64,000 nucleotides of DNA from Clostridia bacterium (GTDB taxonomy: Bacteria > Bacillota > Clostridia > UBA1212 > DUPL01), in assembly GCA_050951325.1 (NCBI GenBank), contig JBMNIW010000005.1:64001-128000 (forward strand), in the 5' to 3' direction. The notes beneath the pieces are model-generated. The model saw only the letters and a list, made by a program, of their open reading frames with translations, ran no database searches and had not been told where the DNA came from. Below, piece after piece: positions 21,148-31,284 of the stretch (the first letter of the stretch is position 1; every line of letters starts with the position of its first letter). The position numbers were made by a program, and so were the translations under genes.

Positions 21148-23760
21148 TTAGCTTTTGACTACAATGTAATGTTTTCCTGAACCTACATTGTCAACAGCAA
21201 CATAACCATTTTCATATTCAAAGCCGGTTTCAATTCCGTTCAGCAGGACTTCGGGATTTTCCTTCTTGCAGGGTATAAAAACCTTGGCTGTTGTATTTAC
21301 CGGTATTTTAGCATTGACACAAACTTCAGTTTCGCTATCGGTGAAAATATTAAGGTTGTACTCAACTTCAATATGTCCCTTAATTGTAGGGACTTTTATT
21401 TTTGCATACTCCAGATTGCCCGGTTGCAGCTTAATATCAAATGTTTTGAATCCAGGTTTGGTTGGTTTGATTCCAAACATACCATATGCAAGAGCATTTG
21501 CAGGAGCAGAGCTCCAGGGGTGGGAGTATGTCATGTTTGGTTTGTTTGCCGGATCCCAAGCTTCAGGACATACTGTAGCATTCAGCTCATATATCAGATG
21601 ATACCAGCTTCTTAACTTTCTGCTTATCATAAGATTCAATGCAGTTTGACCTGCATTTGCCTGATAGCATGCCGCAAGGACGAAATGTGCACCGTAAACG
21701 GATGTGCACATGCCTCTTTCATCAATGAATTTAACTATTCTTTCTATTGTTTCATAGTCCTTGACAATACCCAGTGCAAGAGGGAAGATATTTGCGTGCT
21801 GGGACATGTGGGTAAGTCTGATGCCGTCCTTGTCAAGTCCGTCGACAAACAGACCGATATCCTCATCTATAAGGTGTTTGTACATGCTTTCTTTTATTCT
21901 CTCTGCATATTTGCTATACTTCGATGCATCTTCATAAATGCCCAGAACTTCAGCAATCTGCGCCAGGTCTCCATATGCTTTGTAGTGAAAAGCATTTGTC
22001 ACTGTGTTGTAATATGCATTGGAGAAGTCGTAATTGTCTCTTTCTGACATTGGCCAGTCAACCAGGTTTGCGTTTTCGCTGTTGTTCTTAGTAGTGTTGA
22101 AGACAAGCCCTAAAGTTTCGTCGAAATAATTGTCAGGGTCATTGTTTCCATCCACCACTTTTGTTTTAAGCATATCGTAATGCGCTTCAAGTAGTCCTTT
22201 GTCGCCTGTGTGCAGGTAGTCGTTTAAGGCCATCATTATGGTCATTTGCTTGTATTCAAATGGCCATGTCGGGCAGTATACAAGATCTTCGATGGAGAAA
22301 CGGGGAAGGGTGAAATTGCGCATTAATGCATACTGGGAAAGCTGGTTTATGTATGCATCCCCTTCGTAGTTTTTTCTTTCCCTTGTTTGACTGTCTACAT
22401 ACAAATCCTGGCTTGTTACTGTGATTGAATATTTAACAAAATCATATATGTCGTTTAAAAGGCTGTTCGAGCTTTCAAAGAAACTGTCATTTGCGTCATA
22501 ATGCTGGCGGTAAGCCACACCCATTATGTTTTTTGTTGTTAGCTGCATGGGACAATTCTGGATGTTCACATATCTGAAGGCTTTCATTCCAAAGTTTTCG
22601 ATTTCCTGATATCCTTCCTTCAGCGTCCAGAATTCCTCATATGTATTTGTTGTCCTCATCTTATAGCGTACCTGGTTTTCTTCTTCCAGTTCTTCGCCAA
22701 AAATTATTCTTATGGTTTGATTCGCATATGCTTTTGGAACTTCAATACAAAGCTTCAAACCTCCTATCACTTCTTTTCCAATGTCTATGAAGTATTCATT
22801 TTCACCGAGTTTGACAACGGATTGGGCATGTTTATAGAATCTGTCTACTTTTGTTGTATATACAGGGTAAAGCTGGTGGTCGAACTCTTTTTCAATTGCA
22901 TGTGTAAAGGACTCGTTATGAAACCCTGCCTTGTCAAAACCGAAAGGATAAAGATTTGCATTAATATCTTCCGAAGGGTAGAAGTACAGAACTGTGCCTA
23001 TGCTTCTTGTCATTCCAAATACATCTTTGGCATCCATTGCAAGCCATGTTTTATCAGTACCGATTCTTTCGACAGTGCCATCCGTATATGTGATGGTCAG
23101 TTGACACATGTATACTTTGTCTTTTCTGGTAAACAGGAGGCTGCCGATGCAGTTCATACCTTTTGTTAGTTCATCGGTTATGTCATATGTATTGTAGAAG
23201 TGTTTGTTTTTGTGGGGTTTCACGGGTCCCTGACTTATGAATTTTCCGTTTACCCTAAAGTCAAATACATACTGCCTTGCCGTTTCAGTGGAGGAGGCAA
23301 AAACAGAAGCGATTGCAGATTCCACTTCTTTGGAAATTTCAAATTCCTTTCTTATGAAAACCATGTCTGCATTATTATCACACCATATTGGTTTTGCCTT
23401 CCATTCTTTAATTAATGTTGTGAATTTTTGAGGCTCGGAGAATTCGCTTTGTTCGCTGTCTTTGTCAAAAGTGCAGACTTTCCAGTAGTAAGTTTTGTCA
23501 GGCAAAAGTTCATCTCCTGCATAAAATATATTTGAGGATTCGCTTGAGGCAACAATACCCGAATCCCATATGTTGCCATGATTGCTATTTATTTTTTGCT
23601 TATTATCTGATATAATTATCCTGTAGGCCGTTTGATGATCGTTCTTTTTGGAACTGTCAAGAATCCATGAAAACTTTGGGTTCAAATCGACTCCCAATGG
23701 GCATGGACTTAGATTAATCAGCAAACCGTAGGGTTTGTTAAAATTATCTTTTGATTTCAT
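21148..23760 (-). CDS. Alpha-L-rhamnosidase (GH78)
   Basis: N-terminal P.FSW..QTAY..WDSG..YYWKV, FRYV, DSQTRER..YEGD, PEAW, SHPWS, GIKP..PGF; no signal peptide. Confidence 0.9.
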   Translation of the reverse strand: MKSKDNFNKPYGLLINLSPCPLGVDLNPKFSWILDSSKKNDHQTAYRIIISDNKQKINSNHGNIWDSGIVASSESSNIFYAGDELLPDKTYYWKVCTFDKDSEQSEFSEPQKFTTLIKEWKAKPIWCDNNADMVFIRKEFEISKEVESAIASVFASSTETARQYVFDFRVNGKFISQGPVKPHKNKHFYNTYDITDELTKGMNCIGSLLFTRKDKVYMCQLTITYTDGTVERIGTDKTWLAMDAKDVFGMTRSIGTVLYFYPSEDINANLYPFGFDKAGFHNESFTHAIEKEFDHQLYPVYTTKVDRFYKHAQSVVKLGENEYFIDIGKEVIGGLKLCIEVPKAYANQTIRIIFGEELEEENQVRYKMRTTNTYEEFWTLKEGYQEIENFGMKAFRYVNIQNCPMQLTTKNIMGVAYRQHYDANDSFFESSNSLLNDIYDFVKYSITVTSQDLYVDSQTRERKNYEGDAYINQLSQYALMRNFTLPRFSIEDLVYCPTWPFEYKQMTIMMALNDYLHTGDKGLLEAHYDMLKTKVVDGNNDPDNYFDETLGLVFNTTKNNSENANLVDWPMSERDNYDFSNAYYNTVTNAFHYKAYGDLAQIAEVLGIYEDASKYSKYAERIKESMYKHLIDEDIGLFVDGLDKDGIRLTHMSQHANIFPLALGIVKDYETIERIVKFIDERGMCTSVYGAHFVLAACYQANAGQTALNLMISRKLRSWYHLIYELNATVCPEAWDPANKPNMTYSHPWSSAPANALAYGMFGIKPTKPGFKTFDIKLQPGNLEYAKIKVPTIKGHIEVEYNLNIFTDSETEVCVNAKIPVNTTAKVFIPCKKENPEVLLNGIETGFEYENGYVAVDNVGSGKHYIVVKS

Positions 23761-23867
23761 TGCCTGTATCCTTTCTTGTATTGTTAATGGATGAATTTTA
23801 GCATACTATTGTTAGTATTTCAACAATATGCTATACTATTTGGAAAATTAAGACGGAGGAGTGTTTG

Positions 23868-24836
23868 ATGAATTACTCAGCTGAAAGAATAAACAATTAT
23901 ATACGTGAAAATAGATTTGGTGAACTAATTGAAATATCCGAACAAAGGCACAGGAAGCAGTTTGAAGAACTTCGAGAGATGATAAGAAATGCCAACAAGG
24001 ATGTGCAGCATGAAAAGGTAACCGAAGCTGTATTGATAACGGGACCGTCATCCTCGGGAAAGACTACATTTGCCCATTTGGTGGCAGAAATGCTTAGTGA
24101 GGATGGTTATGACTGTACGGTAATATCATTCGATAATTACTACAAGGATAGAGCTGAAATACAGAAAATGCATCTTGAAAGCGGGTTTGTTCCTACCGAA
24201 GAGAACGACTATGATTATGAAACTCTGGATGCCTTTGACGTTGAGTTTTTCAAGAAGCAGATGAACGAGTATCTGGCTGGCAATGAGATAGTGCTGCCAA
24301 AGTATGATTTTACAACAGGTACAAGAGTGCCCGGTGATATTGTTCTGAAGCCCACCGAAAAGGACATGTTGATTATTGAAGGCATACATGCGCTGAATCC
24401 TGCCTTGAGGACTGGTGTGGATTTCATGTTCAGTTTCAACGTGTACATTTGTCCATTCGACTTCTTTGGTGCTGACCAGAACGAGCAGGTTATCAGGCCT
24501 CAGGAACTGAGGTTCATGAGAAGGGCTGTAAGAGACAGTGTGAAAAGGGGAGCCACCTTGAGAAGAACCATGGAAATGTGGCCGAATGTAAGGAGGGGTG
24601 AAGAGAAGTTTATCAAGCCGATGAAGGCATATACCGACTTCTTTTTCAATTCGTCTCTCGAGTATGAGATCGCGTATCTGAAGAAGAAAATATTCGAGAT
24701 GAGGGATGAACTGGACGAAGAAGGAAAGCAAATGCTGGAGAAGTTTGTGCCTGTCAGGACCCTTGAATATTTTGATGGGATAGACGGCTTTGAAATCCCC
24801 GATAAATCAATATTCAACGAGTTCTATATCAAGTAA
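23868..24836 (+). CDS. Uridine kinase/phosphoribulokinase-like P-loop kinase
   Basis: GPSSSGKTT, DNYY, PKYDF.TG, IIEGIHALNP, MWPNVRRGE, FNSSLEYE. Confidence 0.88.
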   Translation: MNYSAERINNYIRENRFGELIEISEQRHRKQFEELREMIRNANKDVQHEKVTEAVLITGPSSSGKTTFAHLVAEMLSEDGYDCTVISFDNYYKDRAEIQKMHLESGFVPTEENDYDYETLDAFDVEFFKKQMNEYLAGNEIVLPKYDFTTGTRVPGDIVLKPTEKDMLIIEGIHALNPALRTGVDFMFSFNVYICPFDFFGADQNEQVIRPQELRFMRRAVRDSVKRGATLRRTMEMWPNVRRGEEKFIKPMKAYTDFFFNSSLEYEIAYLKKKIFEMRDELDEEGKQMLEKFVPVRTLEYFDGIDGFEIPDKSIFNEFYIK

Positions 24837-24922
24837 ACTCGGTTGACATAACATGCAATTTAATGTAACATTATCATAGGCTTAATAGTTATTAAGTTAG
24901 TATAATTACTAGGAGGAATGTC

Positions 24923-26185
24923 ATGAAGACTAAAGCAGTAAGGTTATACGGTAAGAAGGACTTGAGACTTGAGGAGTTCGAATTACCAGCATTAAAAGAC
25001 GACGAAATATTGGCCCGTGTTATATCTGACAGTATTTGTATGTCAACATACAAGGCAGCTATACAAGGGGCAGATCATAAACGTGTGCCCGACAATGTTG
25101 CTGAAAATCCAATTATTGTTGGACATGAATTTTGCGGAGAAATTTTAGAGGTAGGAGCAAAATGGCAGAGCAAGTTCAAGGTTGGTCAGAAATTTACAAT
25201 ACAGCCTGCTTTGAACTACAAAGGCTCATTGGATGCTCCAGGATACTCATATCCATATATAGGCGGTTCTGCAACCTATATCGTAATCCCAAACGAGGTT
25301 ATGGAAACCGATAATCTGTTGGTATACAACGGAGAAGGATTCTTTGCAGGAAGTGCGGCTGAGCCAATGTCCTGTGTTGTTGGTACATTCCATGCCATGT
25401 ATCATACCACCAGTGGAAGCTATGAGCATAAGATGGGTGTTGTCGAGGGTGGAAACATGGCTATCCTTGCAGGTGTGGGACCGATGGGTCTTTGTGCCAT
25501 AGACTATGCAATACATCGTGACAGAAGGCCAGGACTTCTTGTCGTTACCGATATAAATCAAGAACGTCTCGATAGAGCTGCTTCAATTTACACTGTTGAA
25601 GAAGCTAAAAAGAATGGTGTTGAACTTGTATATATTAACACTGCCACAATGGAAAATGCTGAAGAGTACATGATGGAGCTTACAGACGGCAAGGGTTATG
25701 ACGATGTCTTCGTATTTGCTCCTGTACGTCCTGTTATCGAGATGGGCGACAGACTTTTGGGAAGAGACGGATGTCTGAACTTCTTTGCAGGTCCAAGCCA
25801 GACTGATTTCAAGGCAGAATTGAATTTCTACAATGTTCACTACGCCAGCACTCACATTGTTGGAACCAGTGGTGGAAATACTGATGACTTGATAGAGTCA
25901 CTGGAAATGATGGCACAGGGTAGGCTCAATCCTGCTGCGTTGGTAACCCATATTGGAGGACTCAACGCAGTTGTTGACACCGTACTTAATCTGCCAGATA
26001 TCCCAGGTGGAAAGAAGCTCATATACACCAACATTGATCTGCCTCTTACTGCAATTGATGATTTTGCAGAGCTAGGAAAGACAGACCCGATGTTTAAGAA
26101 GTTGGCTGAAATCTGTGAGAAGAACAACGGATTGTGGAGCGTTGAAGCGGAGAACTATCTGCTTGAAAATGCAAAATCCATCTAG
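24923..26185 (+). CDS. L-sorbose 1-phosphate reductase-like zinc-binding dehydrogenase
   Basis: AVRLYGKKDLRLE, SDSICMSTYKA, GHE, AEPMSC, GPMG, NFFAGP, GTSGG, GGKKLIY. Confidence 0.88.
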   Translation: MKTKAVRLYGKKDLRLEEFELPALKDDEILARVISDSICMSTYKAAIQGADHKRVPDNVAENPIIVGHEFCGEILEVGAKWQSKFKVGQKFTIQPALNYKGSLDAPGYSYPYIGGSATYIVIPNEVMETDNLLVYNGEGFFAGSAAEPMSCVVGTFHAMYHTTSGSYEHKMGVVEGGNMAILAGVGPMGLCAIDYAIHRDRRPGLLVVTDINQERLDRAASIYTVEEAKKNGVELVYINTATMENAEEYMMELTDGKGYDDVFVFAPVRPVIEMGDRLLGRDGCLNFFAGPSQTDFKAELNFYNVHYASTHIVGTSGGNTDDLIESLEMMAQGRLNPAALVTHIGGLNAVVDTVLNLPDIPGGKKLIYTNIDLPLTAIDDFAELGKTDPMFKKLAEICEKNNGLWSVEAENYLLENAKSI

Positions 26186-26193
26186 CTGAACAA

Positions 26194-26226
26194 TAACGGA
26201 CAAAATGATTATCATTTTGTCCGTTA
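26194..26226. repeat. Perfect 16-1-16 inverted repeat
   Basis: TAACGGACAAAATGAT-T-ATCATTTTGTCCGTTA. Confidence 0.95.
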
Positions 26227-26248
26227 AATATAAATAAGGAGGAGTTTT

Positions 26249-27718
26249 ATGAAGATATTGGCGTTTGACTACGGTGCAAGCTCGGGCCGTGCCATATTGG
26301 GTGAGTATGATGGCAGCAAGCTCACATTGAAAGAGACGCACAGGTTTTCAAATGATCCTGTTTTGCTAAACGGCACATTTACATGGGATTTTCTTAGATT
26401 GTTTCACGAAATGAAACAAGGGATTCTAAAATCAGCTTTGGCTGGAGGAAAAGATATAAGCTCCATAGGCGTTGATACCTGGGGTGTCGACTTTGGTCTA
26501 TTGACAAAAGATGGCGAGCTTCTTGGCAATCCCGTACATTACAGAGACTCCAGAACCGATGGAATGATTGAAGAAGCCTGCAAGGTGATTCCTCAGGAGG
26601 AAATCTATGCTGAAACAGGAATTGCATTTCAGAAGTTCAATACTCTATATCAACTGCTTGCGTTGAATAAAAACAACAGTGTGATGCTTGAAAATGCCGA
26701 TACAATGCTTTTTGTGCCTGACTTGTTCAATTTCTATCTGACAGGACAAAAGGTGTGTGAATACACAATAACCAGCACGTCACAATTGTACAATCCTGTC
26801 AAGGGACAGTGGGCTTATGAAATGCTCGAAAAGCTGGGTATCAGAACTGACATACTTCCAGAGGTTGTACCTGCCGGAACAAAGCTGGGCGGACTTACAA
26901 AAGAGTTATGTGATGAACTCGGTGTTGCATCGATACCTGTTATAGCTGTTGCAGCTCATGATACGGCAAGTGCTGTTGTATCAGTCCCATTCACGGAGGA
27001 GGGAGGAGCTTATCTAAGTAGCGGCACATGGTCATTGCTTGGTGTGGAACTTGACAAGCCTATAATCAATGAGAATGCACTCAAACTTAATTACACCAAT
27101 GAAGGCGGTATTAACAATAATGTAAGATTCCTCAAGAACATAATGGGTCTTTGGATTAATCAGGAATGCAAACGTCATTGGGAGAAAATTGGAGAACATA
27201 TTTCATTTGATGAGCTTGATGAAGCTGCTCTCAACGCACAGCCATTCAAGGCGATCATCGACGTTGATGATTCTGTATTCTTCGAACCTGGCAATATGCC
27301 AACCAAAGTACAGGAATTCTGCGCAAGGACAAATCAGGAAGTACCTCAGACAAAAGGCGAAATTGTGCGCTGCGTGATGGAAAGCCTAGCACTCAAGTAC
27401 AGATATGTTATTGAAGGTCTTGAGGAGATTATCGGTAAGAAACTTCCCAAACTCCATATTGTAGGTGGAGGCTGCAAGAACACTATTTTGAGCCAGTTTA
27501 CAGCCAATGCCATAAACAGACCTGTTGTAGCCGGACCTATAGAAGCTACCTCCATAGGAAACCTGGCTGTTCAACTTATCTCTCTTGGTGAGGTAAAGAA
27601 CCTTCAGGAAGCAAGACAGCTTATTGCAAACTCATTCCCACAGGAAGTTTACATGCCTGAGAATCCTGCAGCCTGGGATGATGCGTATGAAAAGTTTTTG
27701 AAGATACAAAAAAGCTAA
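26249..27718 (+). CDS. rhaB: Rhamnulokinase family (FGGY) kinase
   Basis: DYGASSGR, DTWGVDF, HYRDSRT, HDTASAV, SSGTWSL, TNEGG, ESLAL, VGGG, GPIEAT. Confidence 0.9.
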   Translation: MKILAFDYGASSGRAILGEYDGSKLTLKETHRFSNDPVLLNGTFTWDFLRLFHEMKQGILKSALAGGKDISSIGVDTWGVDFGLLTKDGELLGNPVHYRDSRTDGMIEEACKVIPQEEIYAETGIAFQKFNTLYQLLALNKNNSVMLENADTMLFVPDLFNFYLTGQKVCEYTITSTSQLYNPVKGQWAYEMLEKLGIRTDILPEVVPAGTKLGGLTKELCDELGVASIPVIAVAAHDTASAVVSVPFTEEGGAYLSSGTWSLLGVELDKPIINENALKLNYTNEGGINNNVRFLKNIMGLWINQECKRHWEKIGEHISFDELDEAALNAQPFKAIIDVDDSVFFEPGNMPTKVQEFCARTNQEVPQTKGEIVRCVMESLALKYRYVIEGLEEIIGKKLPKLHIVGGGCKNTILSQFTANAINRPVVAGPIEATSIGNLAVQLISLGEVKNLQEARQLIANSFPQEVYMPENPAAWDDAYEKFLKIQKS

Positions 27719-27742
27719 CAGACAATATTTGTTTTATTAAAG

Positions 27743-27773
27743 GCCTCTGATAGAAATATCGGAGGTGTTTTTT
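27743..27773 (+). terminator. Terminator after rhaB
   Basis: GCCTCTGATA-GAAA-TATCGGAGGT followed by a T-run. Confidence 0.75.
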
Positions 27774-27845
27774 GTTTTAATAAATATTGAATTTCTTGAA
27801 CAAACGTGTTATGATATAAAAAAACAATTAGGAGGTATGTAGAAT

Positions 27846-28706
27846 ATGAAGGGTAAATTAAGTTTGTTAATATCACTTGTTTTTTTGCTTGCTCTGATTT
27901 TACCGACAGCGGTTTCATCAGAGGAATTACAGCCTGTTGTAATTGACTTTTATTACGAAGATGATTTCTATGATTACTACTCTACTTTTAATGGTTGCGA
28001 CGTAACTTGGGATAATAATGCAGTACATATGATTTCTACCGAGGACCCGGAGTTGGGTGAAAACGGAGACCCATTTGTCGTATTCAAACTTGACTATATG
28101 TTTAGTTGTGATGATTACCCTTGGATGAGAATAAAGCTGAAGAATGAAAGTGTAGCGCCTGTTTTTGAGATGCACTTTTCAACGACCTCCACATCCATAG
28201 TTGCTGGAACTTGTACGCATGTGGATATCAGCACAGAGGACGAGGAATTCAAGGAATATATCTTCAGTGTTCCTGAAAGAAATATTGCTTCAATGCATAT
28301 AAATGAGCTGGATCACGAGGAAACTTTTTGGACTGGTGAGATTAATGAACTGAGATTGGACGGAATGTGGGTTGCGGAGCCCAGCGGACAAGTTCCCTAT
28401 GGCTCGGAGATGTACATAGAGTACGTGGCATTTTTCCCAACAGAAGAAGCTGCCAACAACTTTGATATTGAGACTTTTCGTGCGGCTAGAACACCAAGAC
28501 CAACTGCAACACCAAAACCAGATCCAACAGCAACGCCTGAAAGAACAGAAACAAAGAAAACTGAAGCTCCTAAGCAAACCGAGACCAATAAGAACGATAC
28601 TGATGGCGGCAACAATTCGGTATTAATTATTACTGCTGTAGTTGGCGTTATTGTCGTAGTTGCTGTTGCAGCAGCGATAATAATTATTAGAAAAAAAAGA
28701 ACGTAA
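27846..28706 (+). CDS. Secreted, C-terminally membrane-anchored protein (paralog 1)
   Basis: Signal peptide, ~180-aa aromatic/acidic domain, Pro/Thr linker, TM helix, RKKRT tail. Confidence 0.9.
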   Translation: MKGKLSLLISLVFLLALILPTAVSSEELQPVVIDFYYEDDFYDYYSTFNGCDVTWDNNAVHMISTEDPELGENGDPFVVFKLDYMFSCDDYPWMRIKLKNESVAPVFEMHFSTTSTSIVAGTCTHVDISTEDEEFKEYIFSVPERNIASMHINELDHEETFWTGEINELRLDGMWVAEPSGQVPYGSEMYIEYVAFFPTEEAANNFDIETFRAARTPRPTATPKPDPTATPERTETKKTEAPKQTETNKNDTDGGNNSVLIITAVVGVIVVVAVAAAIIIIRKKRT

Positions 28707-28728
28707 AGGAAGTAGGGGTAATTTAGTT

Positions 28729-29526
28729 ATGAAAAAACGAATTTTATTGATCTTTGTTTTGTTTGCGTTTGTAATGTCGCTCAATCTTGTAGTTGCCGAG
28801 GAGGAAGAAAGTGAATTTGAAGGCCCTGGTTTGTTGTATGATTTTTATTATGAGTGGGACGACTCATGGAACTATGTTCCCGCGACATGGAGCGGCTCGA
28901 TGTGCGATATCGAGTATAGCGACAATGCCTTGCTTATTAATATCCATGGAAAAGATCCATATATCTTCCTTGAGGTTTACGAGGAAATTGAATTGGAAGA
29001 GTATCCTTGGATAAAGGTTAGGATTAAGAATGAAAGTGCAACTTCTGAAACCTTTGAAATGTATGTTATTAGGGACAATGAGCAGATATCCGAAACAAAC
29101 AATTTTCATTATAACATTGGCAAGGAACATGAAGAATTTATGGAATTTATCATTGATGCCAGAGTTGTCAAGAGTGAACAGTGGTGGACAGGAGCTTTAA
29201 CAGGGCTGAGATTTGACGCTGTCAGGAATGCCGCTGAAGAAGGCGGTGAGACCTTTTATCTAGAGTACCTTGGCTTCTTCAAGACGCAGGAAGATGCGGA
29301 GAATTTTGAGCCGGTAAGGGATGCAACTCCGCCGCCAACAAAAGAACCTACAGATACACCGGCACAAACTCCCAAACCAACAAATACTCAAAAGCCGGCA
29401 TCTACTCCCAAGCAGGACAATTCTGACAAGGGTGGAACCATGACTTTGGGTATAATACTGTCGGTGGTCATAATATTAGCTGCTGTTGTTGTAGCTGTTA
29501 TTATTGTTAGAAAGTCAAGAAAGTAA
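28729..29526 (+). CDS. Secreted, C-terminally membrane-anchored protein (paralog 2)
   Basis: Same architecture and shared motifs as 27846-28706. Confidence 0.9.
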   Translation: MKKRILLIFVLFAFVMSLNLVVAEEEESEFEGPGLLYDFYYEWDDSWNYVPATWSGSMCDIEYSDNALLINIHGKDPYIFLEVYEEIELEEYPWIKVRIKNESATSETFEMYVIRDNEQISETNNFHYNIGKEHEEFMEFIIDARVVKSEQWWTGALTGLRFDAVRNAAEEGGETFYLEYLGFFKTQEDAENFEPVRDATPPPTKEPTDTPAQTPKPTNTQKPASTPKQDNSDKGGTMTLGIILSVVIILAAVVVAVIIVRKSRK

Positions 29527-29529
29527 AAG

Positions 29530-29552
29530 GAGGCTGCGATTTGCAGCCTCTT
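29530..29552. terminator. Terminator between convergent genes
   Basis: GAGGCTGC-GATTT-GCAGCCTC-TT. Confidence 0.7.
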
Positions 29553-29555
29553 ATC

Positions 29556-31163
29556 TTAATCCAATATGTCATAGAAAGCAATTGCTGGTATGCCACTACT
29601 GTTTGATAGATTTACCTCTTCAGGATAGCAGTCTTCTGCAAGGCAGTTGTATCTTACGCCGGTTATGTTATAGTCGTATTTAATCACTATCTTGTTCTTG
29701 TCAACTATAGTCACATCTTCAGCGTCCATCCACATACCTTTTGTATAGATTTGAAAACCTATAATTTTGTCGCCTTCGGCCTTAAGACCATCTCCAACAC
29801 TTCTATATGTAATAGTAACTTCTTTTTTGTTATATTTAACTTTAACCGCTACAGGACCTTCATTGTATTCAATGTCAACTTTGTCATACAATACACTTAA
29901 GGCAAGGTCGGATAATCTTTTTGATTGCTCAAACTTGCACTTTGGATGCAAGCTGTTCCAGTATGTTTTGTCCTTCCAGACATCGGAACCTGCTGCCATG
30001 AAAACATTGTCACAAAGAAGCGCCACCTTGCTTATTGCTCCACGAACATTGCCCAAATCAAGAAATGCCCAATCTCCTATTGTTCCAGCAGGCATTGTGT
30101 AAATTGAAGGGAACTCCACTACAAAGATAGGGAAGTCGTGATAGTTTTGGTTTATGGTATTACGGTAAAACTCGAAAGTAGCAGCCAGATTCTCTGCGTA
30201 AATGGGGTATAGATGATTCAGGCAGTCACTTTCTCCCTGATACCATACAAGACCGCTGATTGTCATGTGGCGGAATGGATACATAAGCTGGTTCCATATC
30301 CAGCGGGTTGTTGAATCGCCAAGAACTGTACTCTGTGTAAGACCTATGCCTTTCTCTTCGCAGACTTCAGGTGGCATGAATGCAGACAATGCAGCTCCTG
30401 CGCATTCGAATGTAATAATACCGATAGGGATTTCACCATTGGTTGCATCGTATATGTTCTTTGCAAAAGTATAGCCTATTGCTGAACCTGATTTTGCATA
30501 ATTGTATGCTTTTTGCCATGTGTTCCTTGTGTGAAGCATACAGTCATTATAAACCGTAGTTGCATCCGAACCATTGAATTTGCCGGATTGTGGGTTGTTT
30601 ATGCACACCCTGATTGCATCATCCTTGTTCAGTTCAACGCCGCAATCGGGTTGTTCGGCCAGCATGGTTGATAGATTGTACTGGATATTTGACTGTCCCA
30701 CAACCCAAAACACATCTCCAACCAGAACATCATTGAACTCGTAACTTACTCCGTCTCCACCTGAAACAGTCAGTGTGTGCCCCATATCTTTCGAAGCGGG
30801 AAGGGTACCTCCCAATGTAATTATCCATTCGCCGTTTTCCACAGTTGCACTCCCATGCAAACCTTTAAAGGAAGCGGTTACAATTTTGCCTTCATCACTT
30901 GCTTCAGCTGTTCCATATATTCTGATATACTCGTCCCTTTGAAGAACCATATTATTGCTGAACACCTTGTTTACCTTGAAAGTCGTAGCGGTTCCTTCAA
31001 CCGGCTCTTCGGATTTGATATCAGGTTTTTCACGCTTTATTACATAACTACCTGGTTGCAAGTCATCGTCAGAACCGACATTGTTGCTGCAGCCTGACAA
31101 AGCGCTGATTGTTAATATTAGTGCAATCTGAATTATTAAGATTCTTATTGTGCTTTTCTTCAA
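29556..31163 (-). CDS. Sialate O-acetylesterase-like (SGNH) lipoprotein
   Basis: Lipobox LSGC, FSNNMVLQR, DVLVGDVF..GQSN, WYQGESD, LHP; probable TTG start at 31163. Confidence 0.85.
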   Translation of the reverse strand: MKKSTIRILIIQIALILTISALSGCSNNVGSDDDLQPGSYVIKREKPDIKSEEPVEGTATTFKVNKVFSNNMVLQRDEYIRIYGTAEASDEGKIVTASFKGLHGSATVENGEWIITLGGTLPASKDMGHTLTVSGGDGVSYEFNDVLVGDVFWVVGQSNIQYNLSTMLAEQPDCGVELNKDDAIRVCINNPQSGKFNGSDATTVYNDCMLHTRNTWQKAYNYAKSGSAIGYTFAKNIYDATNGEIPIGIITFECAGAALSAFMPPEVCEEKGIGLTQSTVLGDSTTRWIWNQLMYPFRHMTISGLVWYQGESDCLNHLYPIYAENLAATFEFYRNTINQNYHDFPIFVVEFPSIYTMPAGTIGDWAFLDLGNVRGAISKVALLCDNVFMAAGSDVWKDKTYWNSLHPKCKFEQSKRLSDLALSVLYDKVDIEYNEGPVAVKVKYNKKEVTITYRSVGDGLKAEGDKIIGFQIYTKGMWMDAEDVTIVDKNKIVIKYDYNITGVRYNCLAEDCYPEEVNLSNSSGIPAIAFYDILD

Positions 31164-31284
31164 ATAGTTTCCCTTCTTTCTAATTTGTTTATTATATTTT
31201 ACACTAATTACTGAAATTTGCAACTAAAAAATGGAGATACTGTAGTATTAAGTTTCAGTACCTCCATGTATTTCCAATATATTG

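Noticed and set aside
28490-28600. Repetitive ACA/CCA-rich DNA in the surface-protein genes
   Set aside because: Explained by the Pro/Thr linkers; not an array or a mobile repeat
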